From NCBI RefSeq assembly GCF_009914755.1, contig NC_060930.1: 64,000 nt of DNA. One strand, 5' to 3'. Shown piece by piece: positions 15,501 through 34,866 of the stretch. Below the pieces are notes generated by a model. That model was not told the origin of the DNA, ran no database searches, and worked only from the letters and a program-made list of their open reading frames with translations. The position numbers and the translations under genes are program-made. The DNA is from the human T2T-CHM13v2.0 reference genome, Homo sapiens. Within the stretch, counting starts at the first letter, position 1; the number at the start of each line of letters is the position of its first letter.

Positions 15501-16359
15501 CCCTTCTGGCTTGTAGGATTTCTGGAGAGAAATCCACTGTTAGCATAATTGGCTTCCCTTTATGGGTAACCCGACCTTTCTCTCTGGCTGCCCTTAACAT
15601 TTTTTTTCATTTCAATGTTGGTTAATCTGACAGTTATGAGTCTTGGGGTTGCTCTTCTCGAGGAGTATCTTTGTGGGTTCTCTGTATTTCCTGAATTTGA
15701 ATGTTGGCCTATCTTGCTAGACTGGGGAGTTTCTCCTGGATAATATCCCAAAGAGTGTTTTCCAACTCGATTCCATTTTCTCCCTGTCACTTTCAGGTAC
15801 ACCGGTGAAATGTAGGTTTGGTCTTTTCACTTAGTCCAGTATTTCTTTGAGGCTTTGTTTGTTCCTTTTCATCCTTTTTTCGATAATCTTGTCTTCATGC
15901 TTTATTTCATTTAGTTGATCTTCAGTGTCTGATATTCTTTTTTCCCCTTGGTCGATTTGGCTATTTATACTTGTGTATGATTCATGAAGTTCTTGTGCTG
16001 TGTTTTTCAGTTCCATCAGGTCATTTACGTTCTTCTCTAAACTGGTTATTCTAGTTAGCAATTCCTCTAACGTGTTTTCAAAGTTCTTAGCTTCCTTGCA
16101 TTGGGTTAGAACATGCTTATTTCACTTGGAGGAGTTTGTTATTACCCACCTTCTGTAGTCTACTTCTGTCAGTTCATCAAACTCATTCTCTGTTCTGTTT
16201 TGTTCCCTTGCTGGCAAGGAGTTGTGATCCTTTGGAGGAGAAGAGGCATTCTGGTTTTTGGAATTTTCAGCCTTTTTGGGCTGGTTTTTCCTTTGTTGTG
16301 GATTTATCTACCTTTGGTCTTCGATGTTGGTGACCTTTGCATGGGGTTTCTGTGTGGAC

Positions 16360-16392
<33 letters not shown>

Positions 16393-17647
16393 GATGTTGA
16401 TGCTATTCCTTTCTGTTCATTAGTTTTCCTTCTAACAGTCAGGCCCCTCTGCTGCAGGTCTGCTGGTGTTTGCTGGAGGTCCACTCCAGACCCTGTTTGT
16501 ATGAGTATTACCAGCAGAGGCTGCAGAACAACAAAGATTGCTGCCTGTTCCTTCCTCTGGAAGCTTCATCTCAGAGGGGCACCCGCAAAATGCCAGTCAG
16601 AGCTCTTCTGTATGAGATGTCTGTTGACCCCTGCTAGGAGCTGTCTTTCAGTCAGAAGGCACAGGGGTCAGGGACCCACTTGAGGAGGCAGTCTGTCCCT
16701 TAGCAGAGCTCGAACACTGTTCTGGTGGATCTGCTGTTCTCTTTAGAGCTGGCAGGCAGGAATATTTAAGTCTGCTGAAGCTGGGCCCACAGCCACCCTT
16801 TCCCCCAGGTGTTCTGTCCCAGTGAAGTGGGAGTTTTATCTATAAGCCCCTGACCTGGGCTGCTGCCTTACTTTCAGAGATGCCCTGCCCAGAGAGGAGG
16901 AATCTAGAGAGGCAGTCTAGCTATGGTGGCTTTGCCAAGCTAAGGTGAGCTCCGCCCAGTTTGAACTTCCAGGTGGCTTTGTTTACACTGTGATGGGAAA
17001 ACTGCCTACCCAAGCCTCAGTAATGGTGAGCAGCCTTCTCCCCACCAAGCTCAAGCATCCCAGGTCGACTTCATACTGCTGTGCTGGCAGGGAGAATTTC
17101 AAGCCAGTAGATCTTAGCTTGCTGGGCTCAGTGGGGCTGGGACCTGCTGTGCTTGACCATTTGTCTCCCTGGCTTCAGCTCCCTTTCCAGGGATGTGAGC
17201 GGTTTTGTCTCGCTAGCATTCCAGACACCACTGAGATATGGAAAAAAACTCCTGCAGCTAGCTTGGTGTCTGCCCAAATGGCCTCCCAGTTTTGTGCTTG
17301 AAACCCAGGGCCCTAATGGCATAGGCACCTGCGGGAATCTCCTGGTCTGTGGGTTGTGAAGACTGTGGGAAAAGTGTAGAATCTGGGCTGGAGTGCACCG
17401 TTCCTCATGGCACAGTCCGTCATGGCTTCCCTTGGCTAGGGGAGGGAATTCCCTGAACCCTTGCACTTTTTGGGTGAGGCCATGCCCACCCTGCTTTGGC
17501 ATGTGCTCCATGGACTGCTCCCCCTGTCTGACCAGTCACAATGAGATGAGCCGAGTATCTCAGTTGGAAACGTAGAAATCACCCACCTTCTGTGTTGATC
17601 TCACTGGGAGCTGCAGACTGGAGCTGTTTCTATTCAGCCATCTTGCC
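12513..17647 (-). mobile_element. L1PA7-like element with 5'UTR, internally deleted
   Basis: Poly(T) and 3'UTR at 12513, 5' end 'ttcagccatcttgcc' at ~17645, degenerate TSD tgaagattttttt (12507) / tgaatattttttt (17648). ORF1 jumps to ORF2 at 15480. Confidence 0.9.
14477..15145 (-). mobile_element. 5'-truncated, 5'-inverted L1PA3-like insertion
   Basis: Poly(T), L1PA3-type 3'UTR, ORF2 C-terminus to ~15067, then a + strand endonuclease-region piece 15068-15145. TSD ctctcttc at 14467 and 15145. Confidence 0.9.
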
Positions 17648-19988
17648 TGAATATTTTTTTTTTTTTAATGTATACTGATTTCCTTTCTTTTTGGGTATAT
17701 ACCCAGCAGTGGGTTTGCTGGATCATGTGGTAGCTCTATATTTCATTTTTTGAGGAATCTACAACTATTCTCTGTAGTGGTTGTACTAAACTGCATTCCC
17801 ACCAACAGTGTAATGGGGATCTTTTTTCCACACCTCACCAACATTTGTTATTGCCTGTCTTTTGGATATAAGCCATTTTAACTGGGATGATATAAAATCT
17901 CATTGTAGTTTTGATTTGCATTTCTTTGATGATCAATGATGTTGAGACATATTCAAATACCTGTTTGCCATTTGTATGTCTTATTTGAGAAATGTGTATT
18001 CAAATCTTTTGCCCATTTTTAAGTCAGATTATTAGATTTCTTTCTTAGAAAGTTGTTTGAGCTCATTATATATTCTGGTTATTAATCCTTTGTCAGATGG
18101 GTGGACTTCAAATATTTTCTCCTATTCTGTGGGTTGTCTCTTCACTTTTCTGATTGTATTCTTTGCTGTGCAGAAGCTTTTTAATTTGATGTGATCTCAT
18201 TTGTTTTATGCTTCAGTTGCCTGTCCTTGTTGGGTATTTACTCAGTAGTAAGAGATGGGTTCTGTTTTCTTCTGCATATGGATATGTAGTTTTCCCAGCA
18301 CTGTTTGTTGAAAAGACTGTCTTTTCCCCAGTGTATGTTCCTGGCACATTAGGTGAAGATGAGTTCATTGTAGTTGTGTGGATTTGTTTCTGGGTTTTCT
18401 ATTCTGTTCCATTGGTCTATGTGTCTGTTGTTATGCCAGTACCATGCTGTTTTTGGTTATTATAGCTCTGTAGTATAATTCGAAGTCAATTAATGTGATT
18501 CTTTCAGTTGTGTTCTTTTTGCTTAGGATAGTTTTGGTATTCTGAGTATTTGTGCTCCCATAGGAATTTTAGGATTGTTTTCTCTATTACTGTGAAGAAT
18601 ATCATTGGTATTTTGGTAGGGATTGCATTGAATCTGTAGATTGCTTTGGATAGTATGGACATTTTAACAATATTGATTCTTCCAATCCATGAACATGGAA
18701 TATCTTTCTATTTTTTGGTGTTCTCTTAAATTTCTTTCATCTGTGTTTATAGTTTTCTTTGTAGAGATCTGTCACTTATTTTGCATAAGTTAATTCCTAG
18801 GTATTAATTTTTTTTGTCAATGGGATTACTGTTTTGAATCCTTTTTCAGATTGTTCACTGTTGGCATACAGAAATGCTACTGAATTTTGTATTTTGATTT
18901 TTATCCTACAACTTTACTGAATTTATCAGTTCTAATAGTTGTGTGTTTAAGTCTTTAGTTTTTCCAAATATGAGATTATATCATCTGCAAAAAAGGGTAA
19001 TTTGACTTCTTCCTTTCCCATATGGATGCCCTTTATATCTTTCTCTTGTCTGATTGCTCTAGCTAGGACTTCCAGTATTATTTAAATAACAATGGTGAAG
19101 TGGACATCTTTGTCATGTTCCAGATACTAGAGGAAAGGCTTTCAGATTTTTCACATTCCATATTACATTTGGTCTGTCATATATGGCTTTTATTATGTTG
19201 AGGGTCTTCCTACTATCCCCAGTTCTTTGAGGGTATTTATCATGAAGTGACGTTAAATTTTATCAAATGCTTTGTCAGCATCAATTGAAATGATCATATG
19301 GTTTTTATCATTCATTCTCTTGATATGATGGATCACATTGATTGATTTATGTATGTTGAACCATCCTTCCATCCCAGAGATAAATTCCACTTTGTCATGA
19401 TGAATGATCATTTTAATGTATTGTTGAATTCTGTTTGCTAGTTTCTTGTTGAGGATCTTTGCATCAGTAATAGAGATATTGGCCTGTAATTTCTTTTTTT
19501 TTTTTAAATGTCTTTGTCTGGTTTGGGTATTGGGATAATACTGGGCTTATAGAATGAGTTTGGAAGTATTATGTCCTCCTCTATTTTTTGGATTCATTTG
19601 AGTAGGGTTGGTATTAGTTTTTCTTTAAATGTTTGGTAGAATTCAGTAGGGAAGCCATCGGGTCACGGACTTTTCTTTACTGGGAGACTTTTTGTTATGG
19701 CTTCTATCTTGTAACTTGTTATTTGTCTGTTCAGGTTTTAGATTTCTTCATAGCTCAATCTTAATAGGTTGTACAAGTCTAGGAATTTGTCCATTTCATC
19801 TAGATTTTTCCATTTATTGGCATATAGTTGCTCAGAGTAGCCACTAATGATCCTTTGAATTTCAGCAGTAACAGCTGTAATGTCTTCTCTTTATTTCTGA
19901 TTTTATTTTTTATTTTTGGATCTTCTCTTTTTTTTCTTAAGTAGTCCAGCTAAAGGTTTGTCAATTTTGTTTAAATTTTTGAAAAGCC

Positions 19989-20850
19989 AACAACATGCTT
20001 CTGAATGACTTTTGGGTAAATAATTAAATAAAGTCAGAAATCAAGAAGTTCTTTGAAACTAGTGAGAACAAGGATATAACATACAAGAATCTCCAGGACA
20101 CAGCTAAAGCAGTGTTAAGAGGAAAATTAATAGCACTAAATGCCCTTATATAGAAATTAGATAGATCTCAAATTAACAACCCAACATCACAACTGAAATA
20201 ATTTGAAAAGCAAGAGCAAATCAGTCCTAAATCTAGCAGAAGACAAGAAATAACCAGAATCTGAGCTGAACTGAAGGAGATTGAGACACAAAAAGCCATT
20301 CAAAATATCAACAAATATAGAAGTTGCTTTAAAGAAATAAGATAGATAAGCCATTAGCTAGACTAATAAAAAAGGAAAGAAAGAAGATCCAAATAAACAC
20401 AATTAGAAATGATGAAGAAAATATTACCACTGACCCCACAGAAATAAAAGTAACCATTAGAAACTGCCATGAATACCTCTATGCACACAAACTAGAAAAC
20501 CTAGAAGAAATTTATAAATTCCTGGACACATGGATTCTCCCACACTGAGCCAGGAAGAAATTGAATCCCTTAACAAACAAATAATGAACTCCAAAATTGA
20601 ATCAGTAACAAATAGCCTACCAACCAAAAAAGCCCAGGACCAGAAAGATCCACAGCCAAATTCTACCATGCAAAAAAGACTTGGTATCATTTCTAATAAA
20701 ACTGTTTACAATGCCTTTCCAACTCATTCTATGAGGCCAGCATTATCCTGATAACAAAACCTGGAAAAGACACAACAACAACAAAAAAGAAAACTTTGGA
20801 CCAATATCCTTGATAAACATGAATGCAAAAATCCTCAACAAAATCCTTGA
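19989..20850 (+). mobile_element. Internal L1 ORF2 fragment (older L1PA/L1PB type) opposite in orientation to its host
   Basis: Runs from the NNMLLND region to the AKILNKIL region of ORF2; no poly(A) and no TSD. Confidence 0.85.
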
Positions 20851-22980
20851 CCTCTGGGAGTTTAATTATTAAATGCCGAGAGGTAGTCTTCTTTGGGTTA
20901 AATCTGCTTGGTGTTCTATAACATTCTGGTACTTGGATATTGATATCTTTCTTTAGGTTTGGAAAGTTCTCTGTTATTATCTCTTTAAACTTTCTACTCC
21001 TATCTTTTTCTCTACCTCCTCTTTATGGCCAATAACTCTTAGATTTGCCCTTGTGAGACTATTTTTTAAAACCTGTAGGCATGCTTTCTAGTTTTTTATT
21101 CTTTTTCCTTTTGCCTTCTCTGACTTTGCATTTTCAAATAGCCATTTCTTCAAACTCACTAATCCTTTCTTCTGCTTGATGAATTCTACTATTAAAGGAC
21201 TCTGGTACATTCTTCAGTATGCCAATTGCATTTTTCAGCTCTAGAATTGCTGATTGATTTTTAAAAATTATTTCAATTTCTTTGTCAAATTTGTCTGATA
21301 GAATTATTAATTCCTTCTCTTTGTTATCTTGAATTTCTTTGAGTTTCCTCAACACAGCTATTTTGAATTCTCTGTCTGAAAGGTCACATATCTCTGTTTC
21401 TCCACAATTGATTCCTGGTGCCTCAGTGAGATCATGTTTTCCTGAATGGTCTTGATACTTGCAGATATTTTTCTGTAACTGTACAGGTAAGAGTTAACTA
21501 TTTATTTTAGTATTCTCAGTCTGGGCTTGTCTGTACCCTTCCTGTTTAGGAAGACTTTCTAGATATTTGAACATACTTGGGTGTTGCAATCAAAGCTGTA
21601 TCTTCTTCAGGAGGTACCACAAGCCCAGTAATGCTGTGGTTCTTACAGACTCATAGAAGTACCACCTTGATGGTCTTGGACAAGATTCAAAAGAAGTACC
21701 AGACAGAGACTCTTGTTTCTCTTTTACTTTCTCCCAAACAAATGAAGTCTCTCTCTCTCTGTTCTGAGCCACCTGGAACTGGTTATACAAGCACTCCTGG
21801 AGCCACCACCATTAGGACTATGCTGGATCTGACCTGAGGTTAGTACATCACTGGGTCTTGCCCCAGATCTTCTGTAACCACTCCCTAGCTATGGCCTATG
21901 TTTTCTCAAGTCACTTTGGCTCTACAGTCAGCAGATGGTGAAGGCAGCCAGATCTGTGTCCTTCCCTTCAGAGTGCTGAGTTCTTCCAGGCCCCAGGCAG
22001 GTCCAGAGGTGTCATGTGGGAGCTAGGGACAAGAGTGAAAAATCTTAGAAATCTACCTGGTGTTCTGTTGTACTGCAGCTGAGCTGGCACGCAAACCACA
22101 AGATGCAGCCCTTACCACTCTTCCCTCTCTTTCCAAATGGGAGAGGAGCCTCACTCTGTGGCCACTGTCACCACTGGCTCACAGGAAGTACCGCCAGACT
22201 ACCACCAATGTTTCCTTAAGGACCAAGCACTCTTCAGTCAGCTTGTGAATGCTGCTTGACCTGGGACTCATTCTTCAGCGGAGTGGGCCTCCCTCTGGCC
22301 CAGGGCAGGTCCAGAAGTTCTGTCTAAAGCCAAGGCCTTGAACTGGGGACCCCAAGAGTCCAGTTGGTGCTCTTCCCTACTGTGGCTAAGCTGGTACCTA
22401 AGGTACAAGACAAAGTTCCCTTTACTTTTGCCTCTGCTTTTCCAGATAGAAGGAATCTCACCCTGTAGCCACCACAACTGGGAATGTGGTGATACTCACC
22501 TGAAGCCAGAAAGTCTGAGTCTCACCCAAGGCCTTGACGTAGTATCTGGCTATTACTGCTGGTTATTCAGGGCCCAAGGGCTCTTCAGTTAGCAGATGAT
22601 AAATCCTGCCAGGAACATATCCTTCCCTTCAAGGTAGCAGGTTACCTTCTGGCCCTGGCTGTGTCTAGAAATGTTGTCCAGGAGCTAGGACCTGGTAAAA
22701 AGTTCTCATGACTCTGGCCAGTGCCCTATCCTGCTGTGGCTAGGCTTGTATTCAGGATGCAAGACAGAGTCCTCCCCACTCTTCCCTCTCCTCTCATCAG
22801 GCAGAGGGAAGGGGTCTCTGTTGGAGCTGTGAGGTGTGTAGTCTGGGGCTAAGGGAGGGGTGATGTCACCATTCCCTTACCCACTTTGGCTGGTGTCTCT
22901 CATGCCCCACCAGCCCGCTGTCTCTGGGCCCAGTTTAACACTAGTCCTTGCCTAGGAGTTGTAGCCCTTGTGGCCTAGAC

Positions 22981-24203
22981 ACAGGTTTGTCTACTCTTGG
23001 CAGCAGCAGCACTATAGTGTTGCAGAGAGGAGAAGGGATAAGAAGGAATGGGACCCTACCCTTCATGCATGAGCCTGAGCATGGGAACCACACTGCCACT
23101 AGGGACAGAGATGCCACTCACAGCCCCAGACAGACAGCCCTCTGGTTCACCCACCCCAGTTCCCAGTGGCAGCAGCAGCAGTTGTGGCTGCAGCAATGTG
23201 TAAAGGGAGAGAGGGGGTCTTGTTCTTTATGCATGATCTGGAGCACAGGCTGCTCCACCAGGAAGTGTGGGGTCACTGCTCCCATCCTCAGGCAGTCAGA
23301 TCTTAGGCTTCTCTGCCTGGGTTCCTGATGGAAGCAACTGATATGAAACTATGTGGGTGGGGGGCGAGGGTATCACACGCACTGCTTGTAAGCCCGAGCA
23401 CAGAGTCTGTGTCACTACTGGGGATAGGGTTGCTTCTCATAGCTGCAGGCAGGGAACTCTCAGGCTCTGGAAAGTACATGCTTTGGTTTCCTTTGTCCCA
23501 GAGGTCACAGTTTTGGTGTGCTGCACTGTCCTTTCATTGGGGAGTAGTACTGGCTATGAGCTAGAGTACTGGGGACCCTTTAGCACCTTTGGATCCAGCC
23601 ATTTCTGTGCCACTGTGGTCCACTGGGTGGACACTGAGGGATGTCATTTGGGGATCCTGGGATGTGGAGATTTGGGGATTGTAGTTGCCAGGGAAGGATG
23701 CAATCCCATGATGGCTGTACTCTCACAATGGTGCCCTTCTGCAGCCTCTTAGGCCTTAGGGGTGTGAGTAATCCAGCACAGTTCCCAGCCTGGTGCAGAG
23801 AACTCCATAAGTATATTCCAGTTCAAGATGGTTGACTAGAGACGTTGAATACTTGTGGGGTTTCCAGAGCACTGTCCATGCTAGTGTCAGGGTTCATATG
23901 GGCAGAGGAACCGTCCTGTGGTACAGATTGCAACAGTTTGTGGTGGGAATGTGGACAGCTGAAGTTCTTTCACTTACCCCCTCCCCACAAGAGTGAGTCC
24001 CTACATGCTCCCAGCTGATCTTGGTTGAGCTTGATGCTTGCTTCCTTGTCTCTCTGTGACTCAGGTTTCCTGTGACTTCTATGTTCGACCCGAATGTTCT
24101 CTCTTAGAGTTCTGTTTGAGGTACAATTATGTATTTGCAGTTCTGGTTCTTCTTTCTGGAAAGGGCAAGTGTCTGATGTCTTTAGTCAAACACTTGAACT
24201 GGG
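22981..24203 (-). mobile_element. Old L1M 5'UTR segment, possibly the 5' end of the 7770-11880 element
   Basis: GC-richer degenerate repetitive sequence ending in an L1M 5'-terminus-like 'gatgtctttagtcaaacacttgaac'. Confidence 0.55.
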
Positions 24204-25040
24204 ATCTATTTATAGACTTTTATTTTTTTATAAGTAGAATAACCTACAAAACATAAGTGAGAACTGAGTCATAAAACACTTTCCAAAGATAAATATTTTA
24301 CATAAATGCTTAAATATTTTACATAAATATTTATTTCAAAAAATAAACAGTTTAGATATAAATGTATTTTCATGTCAAGGAAAATAAAACCTCAGAAGGA
24401 TGGCTGGAACATACATATTTATCAAGTTAGAATTGCATAAATTCTCAACTAAAAATAATCTTCTTGTTATAGTTTTGGGACAGCTGAGAGAAAGGATGAG
24501 CAGATACAATTTCCAGTTTACAAAAGATCAAGTCAACCCTCTTGACTAGCTTAGCAAGCTTAATCAGTAAGACAAAGAACCCAGATCAGAAATGGGGTCC
24601 TTATTTAATGCTCTTAACAAATATTAATTAGAATAACAAAATAATTCAGTCCTGATCCTACTTATATCATAAGAAAAATGTAAATGTGTCCTCATTGAGT
24701 ATACTTAGATTGTTGATGTTTAGGTGCCAGTTAGGCAACACTGATCTGTGGCAGATACAACAGCCTTATATATCTTTACTTAATTCCATCTCTACTCCAA
24801 GGGCACTTATTTGGAAATGGCATAGCTAATAAATGAAAGGAGGATGAATTGCATTGCAAGTTAGGTAATACAACCTCTGGATTTTAAAATGCTGTTGTAA
24901 AGCACTCTATCTTAAAGGCCATCTTTATCCCAAAGCTTCTTTCCTGAGGCAGTGGTAGAAATTTTAAATAACATAAATCTCCTCTTCAGTCCTAGCAGCT
25001 TGTAGAAACATGATACCAGTCAGTTAAATAACTTGAGTGT

Positions 25041-31937
<6,897 letters not shown>

Positions 31938-32069
31938 AACTTGAGTGTTTGTGGTCTTGTCTAGAAAGTTTGCTGTAAGGCCATTGGTTCTTTTTTTCTA
32001 ACGGAAGATCAGATAACAAATTGCATTACATCTTTCAGTCTAGAAGAGATGAGAGAAGGAAAGAAAGGT

Positions 32070-32250
32070 CAGTGGTTAAGAAACTAGACTCTGGAGTCAG
32101 AGACCTTTGCCTGGGTTTAATTTCAGGCTCGACCAATTATTGGCTGAATAACTCAGGCCAAGTTTTTAAGTTCGTTCCATTTCTATTTCTTCATCAGAAA
32201 AAACACTGATTATAAAAGCACCCATTTTATGGTGGTGTGAGGTTTGAGCA
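32070..32250 (+). mobile_element. MIR
   Basis: 'agtggttaag...gactctggagtcaga...cctgggtttaat' MIR core. Confidence 0.7.
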
Positions 32251-32299
32251 AGGCCATCTTGGGAAGACCATTGCTTAGTACTTGACAAATTGTAAGTGT

Positions 32300-32560
32300 A
32301 AACATTTATTAGGCATCTGCTATGTTCCAGGCATTGGGTATAGAGACAAATGAATTGATTGTGCCCTAAAATAACTCGCCATCTAGAGGAAAAGGTAGAC
32401 AAGCAGATGAAAGCTTGGGGAGAGAGAATTATATAAGGAGAGCCTGGAAACCCAAGATGGTTGGCTCCTTGGGTTCAATGAAACCTCCACTGTTTCCTGA
32501 AAGAAAAGCAGAGTTTTCTAGGTAAAGGAAGCAGAGAGGGACTTTTTAGGTTGAGGAAGC
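32300..32560 (-). mobile_element. L2 fragment
   Basis: 'aacatttattaggcatctgctatgttccaggca' is an antisense L2 tail. Confidence 0.6.
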
Positions 32561-33089
32561 ATTAGGTGGCTCACATGTGTTTCTCAGGAAACATAACTCA
32601 CCAATCTGAAAACATTAATTTAACCAAAATCAATCTAGCAACAATCTAACTAAACTGTGTCCTGAGAGTAAGGCAAAGTGAAGAGAATGGATTTAGTGAG
32701 AAAATATCTAGTCCTACCAGACCAGTGTATGATTCAACTGTTTTCACATAGCATTCTTTCCTTCTTGTGAAGCTGGTGTGATCTTTGTAGCATTCTTTTC
32801 TTTTTTCTTGCTCGAGTCTTCTTGTACAAAGCCTAGATGTTCTGTCCCTTTCTTCTGTGCCACCCGTACTAATTCAGTCCCTGATATCTCACCTTCATTT
32901 TCAGCATTAATATTGACTTTTCTCCAATGACTTCATTCTTTCTCTTTTTAGTCTCTCTCCTCAAGCATTGGTTAGCATTTTCCTTAAGTTACCACTTGAA
33001 ATGATTCTTTCTCAAAAAGTTTCGCTTTTTTAGAAACAGATTCTGAGACAAATCTAATAATTTAATAAGCGGGGTTTGTTTTCCTGCAT

Positions 33090-33172
33090 TCTCAAACTCC
33101 TGGGCTCAAGTGATCCTCCCACCTCAGCCCTTCAAACAGCTGCAATTACAGGTGCAAGCCACTGCACTTGGC
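33090..33172 (-). mobile_element. Alu/FLAM left-arm fragment
   Basis: 'ctcaaactcctgggctcaagtgatcctcccacctcagcc...attacaggtgcaagccactgcacttggc'. Confidence 0.85.
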
Positions 33173-34180
33173 TATTTTTAGTTTTTTGAAGAATCACTAT
33201 ACTGTTTTCCATAATGGTTGTAATATTTTACATTCTCACCAGCAGTGTATGAGTATTCTCCTTTCTCTGCATTCTCACCATAATTTGTTATTTGTTGTCT
33301 TCTTGATAACAGCCATTCTAACCGGGGTGAGATGATGTCTTATTATGGTTTTGATTTGCATTCCCTGATGATTAATGATGTTGAGCTTTTTTTTTTTTTT
33401 TTTTTTTTTTTGAGACATGGTGTCACTCTGTTCCCCAGGGTGCAGTGTAGTGATCATGGATCACTGTACCCTTGATCTCCCAGGCTCAAGCGATCCTCCC
33501 ACCTTAGCCTCCTGAGTAGCTTGGACTGCAGATGCGTGCCACCATGCCTGGCTGATTATTTAAATTGTTTTTATTTTTAGTAGAGATGAGGTCTTACTGT
33601 GTTGTCCCAGCTGGCCTCAAACTCCTGAGCTCAAGCAATCCTCCCATCTCAGCTTCCCAAAGTGTTGGGACTATCAGTCCCAGCTGAACTTTTTTTGTAT
33701 AACTTTTTGCCGTTTGTATGTATTATTTTGAGAAACGTCTATTCAAGGCTTTTGCCCATTTTTAAATTGGATTATTTGTATTTTTTTCTATTGAGTTGTT
33801 TGGGATCCTTATATATCCTGGTTATTAATTCTTTGTCAGATGAATAGTTTGCAAATACTTTCTCCCATTCTGAAGGTTGTCTCTTCACTTTACTGATTGT
33901 TTCCTTTTCTGTGCAGAAGCTTTTTAACTTGATATAATCCCATTTATTTATTTTTGCTTTGGTTTCCTGTGTTTTTGAGGTCTTACCAAAAAAAAAAAAA
34001 TCTTTGCATAGACCAAGGTCTTGTGTGTTTCCTCAGTGTTTACTTTTAGTAGTTTTATAGTTTCAGGTCTTACATTTAAATATTTTATCTGTTTTGATTC
34101 AATTTTTATATACAGTGAAAGATAGAGATCTAGTTTCATTCTTCTGCATATGAATATCCAGTTTTCCCTGCACTGTTTAC
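33173..34180 (-). mobile_element. L1MA-type ORF2 3' fragment interrupted by an AluJ
   Basis: ORF2 C-terminal motifs ([17 protein letters not shown]; MKLDLYLSLY) on both sides of the Alu. Confidence 0.8.
33387..33684 (-). mobile_element. AluJ-like
   Basis: Poly(T), two arms, J-type 'ggctcaagcgatcctcccacct'; degenerate TSD tgagcttttttt / tgaacttttttt. Confidence 0.9.
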
Positions 34181-34189
34181 ATTTTACTT

Positions 34190-34582
34190 TTAAATTTTTA
34201 TTAATTTATTGTCTGTATAGATTCAGAGGTTACATGTGCAGGTTTTTTACATGTATATGTTGTGTTATGGTGAGATTTGGGCTTCTAGTGTGCTCATCAC
34301 TGGAATAGTGAACATTGTGCACAATAGGTAATTTTTCAATCACCCCTCCTTCTGACCTCCCCTCTTTTGAAGTCCCAGTGCCTCTTATTTTCCTCTGTAT
34401 TTTCATGTGTACCCATTGTTTAGCTCCCATTTATAAGTGACAATATGTGGTATTTGATTTTCTGAGTTATTTCAATCAGAAAAATGGCTTCCAGCTTGAT
34501 CTATCTTTTGCTGCAAAAGGCATGATTTCATTCTTTTTAATGGCTGCATGGTATTCCATGGTATATATTGTACCACATTTTC
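34190..34582 (-). mobile_element. L1PB-type 3' end fragment
   Basis: 'gattcagaggttacatgtgcagg...gggcttctagtgtgctcatcac' L1PB4-like 3'UTR. Confidence 0.8.
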
Positions 34583-34833
34583 TGGGGTATTTCTTTACCA
34601 TGTTCTACCTGTCATTTTTGGGGGGACCACCCACAGAGTATTAACTCCCTGGTACTTGTGCCAGCTAGAAGAAGCTCTCAGGCATATAAGGGCAGGTACC
34701 AGCAATAAGAAGCTATCCATGCAGAGTAAAGGGGGAGGTGAGTGCTAAGGGCAACAATGGTATCTACTGCATTAAATTTTCTTTATCTTGCCTTCCTTCT
34801 TTCCTTCATTCTACTTCCTCCTTTACTTTGAAC

Positions 34834-34834
<1 letters not shown>

Positions 34835-34864
<30 letters not shown>
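34835..34864. repeat. (TG)15 microsatellite
   Basis: Read directly. Confidence 0.97.

Positions 34865-34866
<2 letters not shown>

Larger units (their letters stand above)
11885..22980 (-). mobile_element. L1MA1/L1MA2-like element in three pieces (11885-12512, ~17665-19990, ~20850-22980)
   Basis: L1MA1/2-type 3'UTR; the sequence resumes in register after the L1PA7 insertion; ORF1 fragment MLRKLKEIQDNKEKE at 21134-21355; repetitive 5'UTR at 21.5-23.0 kb. Confidence 0.82.

Noticed and set aside
16113-17575. Long + strand ORFs antisense to the L1PA7 5'UTR
   Set aside because: Generic antisense L1 frames. The ATG at 17023 sits at the ORF0-equivalent position, but similarity to ORF0 is too weak to call.
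22948-23835. GC-richer ORFs (126 and 133 aa) suggesting a gene or CpG island
   Set aside because: Within an old L1M 5'UTR-like segment, CpG-depleted, no homology recognised.
17648-25040. Genomic inversion between the two L1PA7 copies
   Set aside because: Both elements keep matching TSDs and the L1MA host resumes in register.
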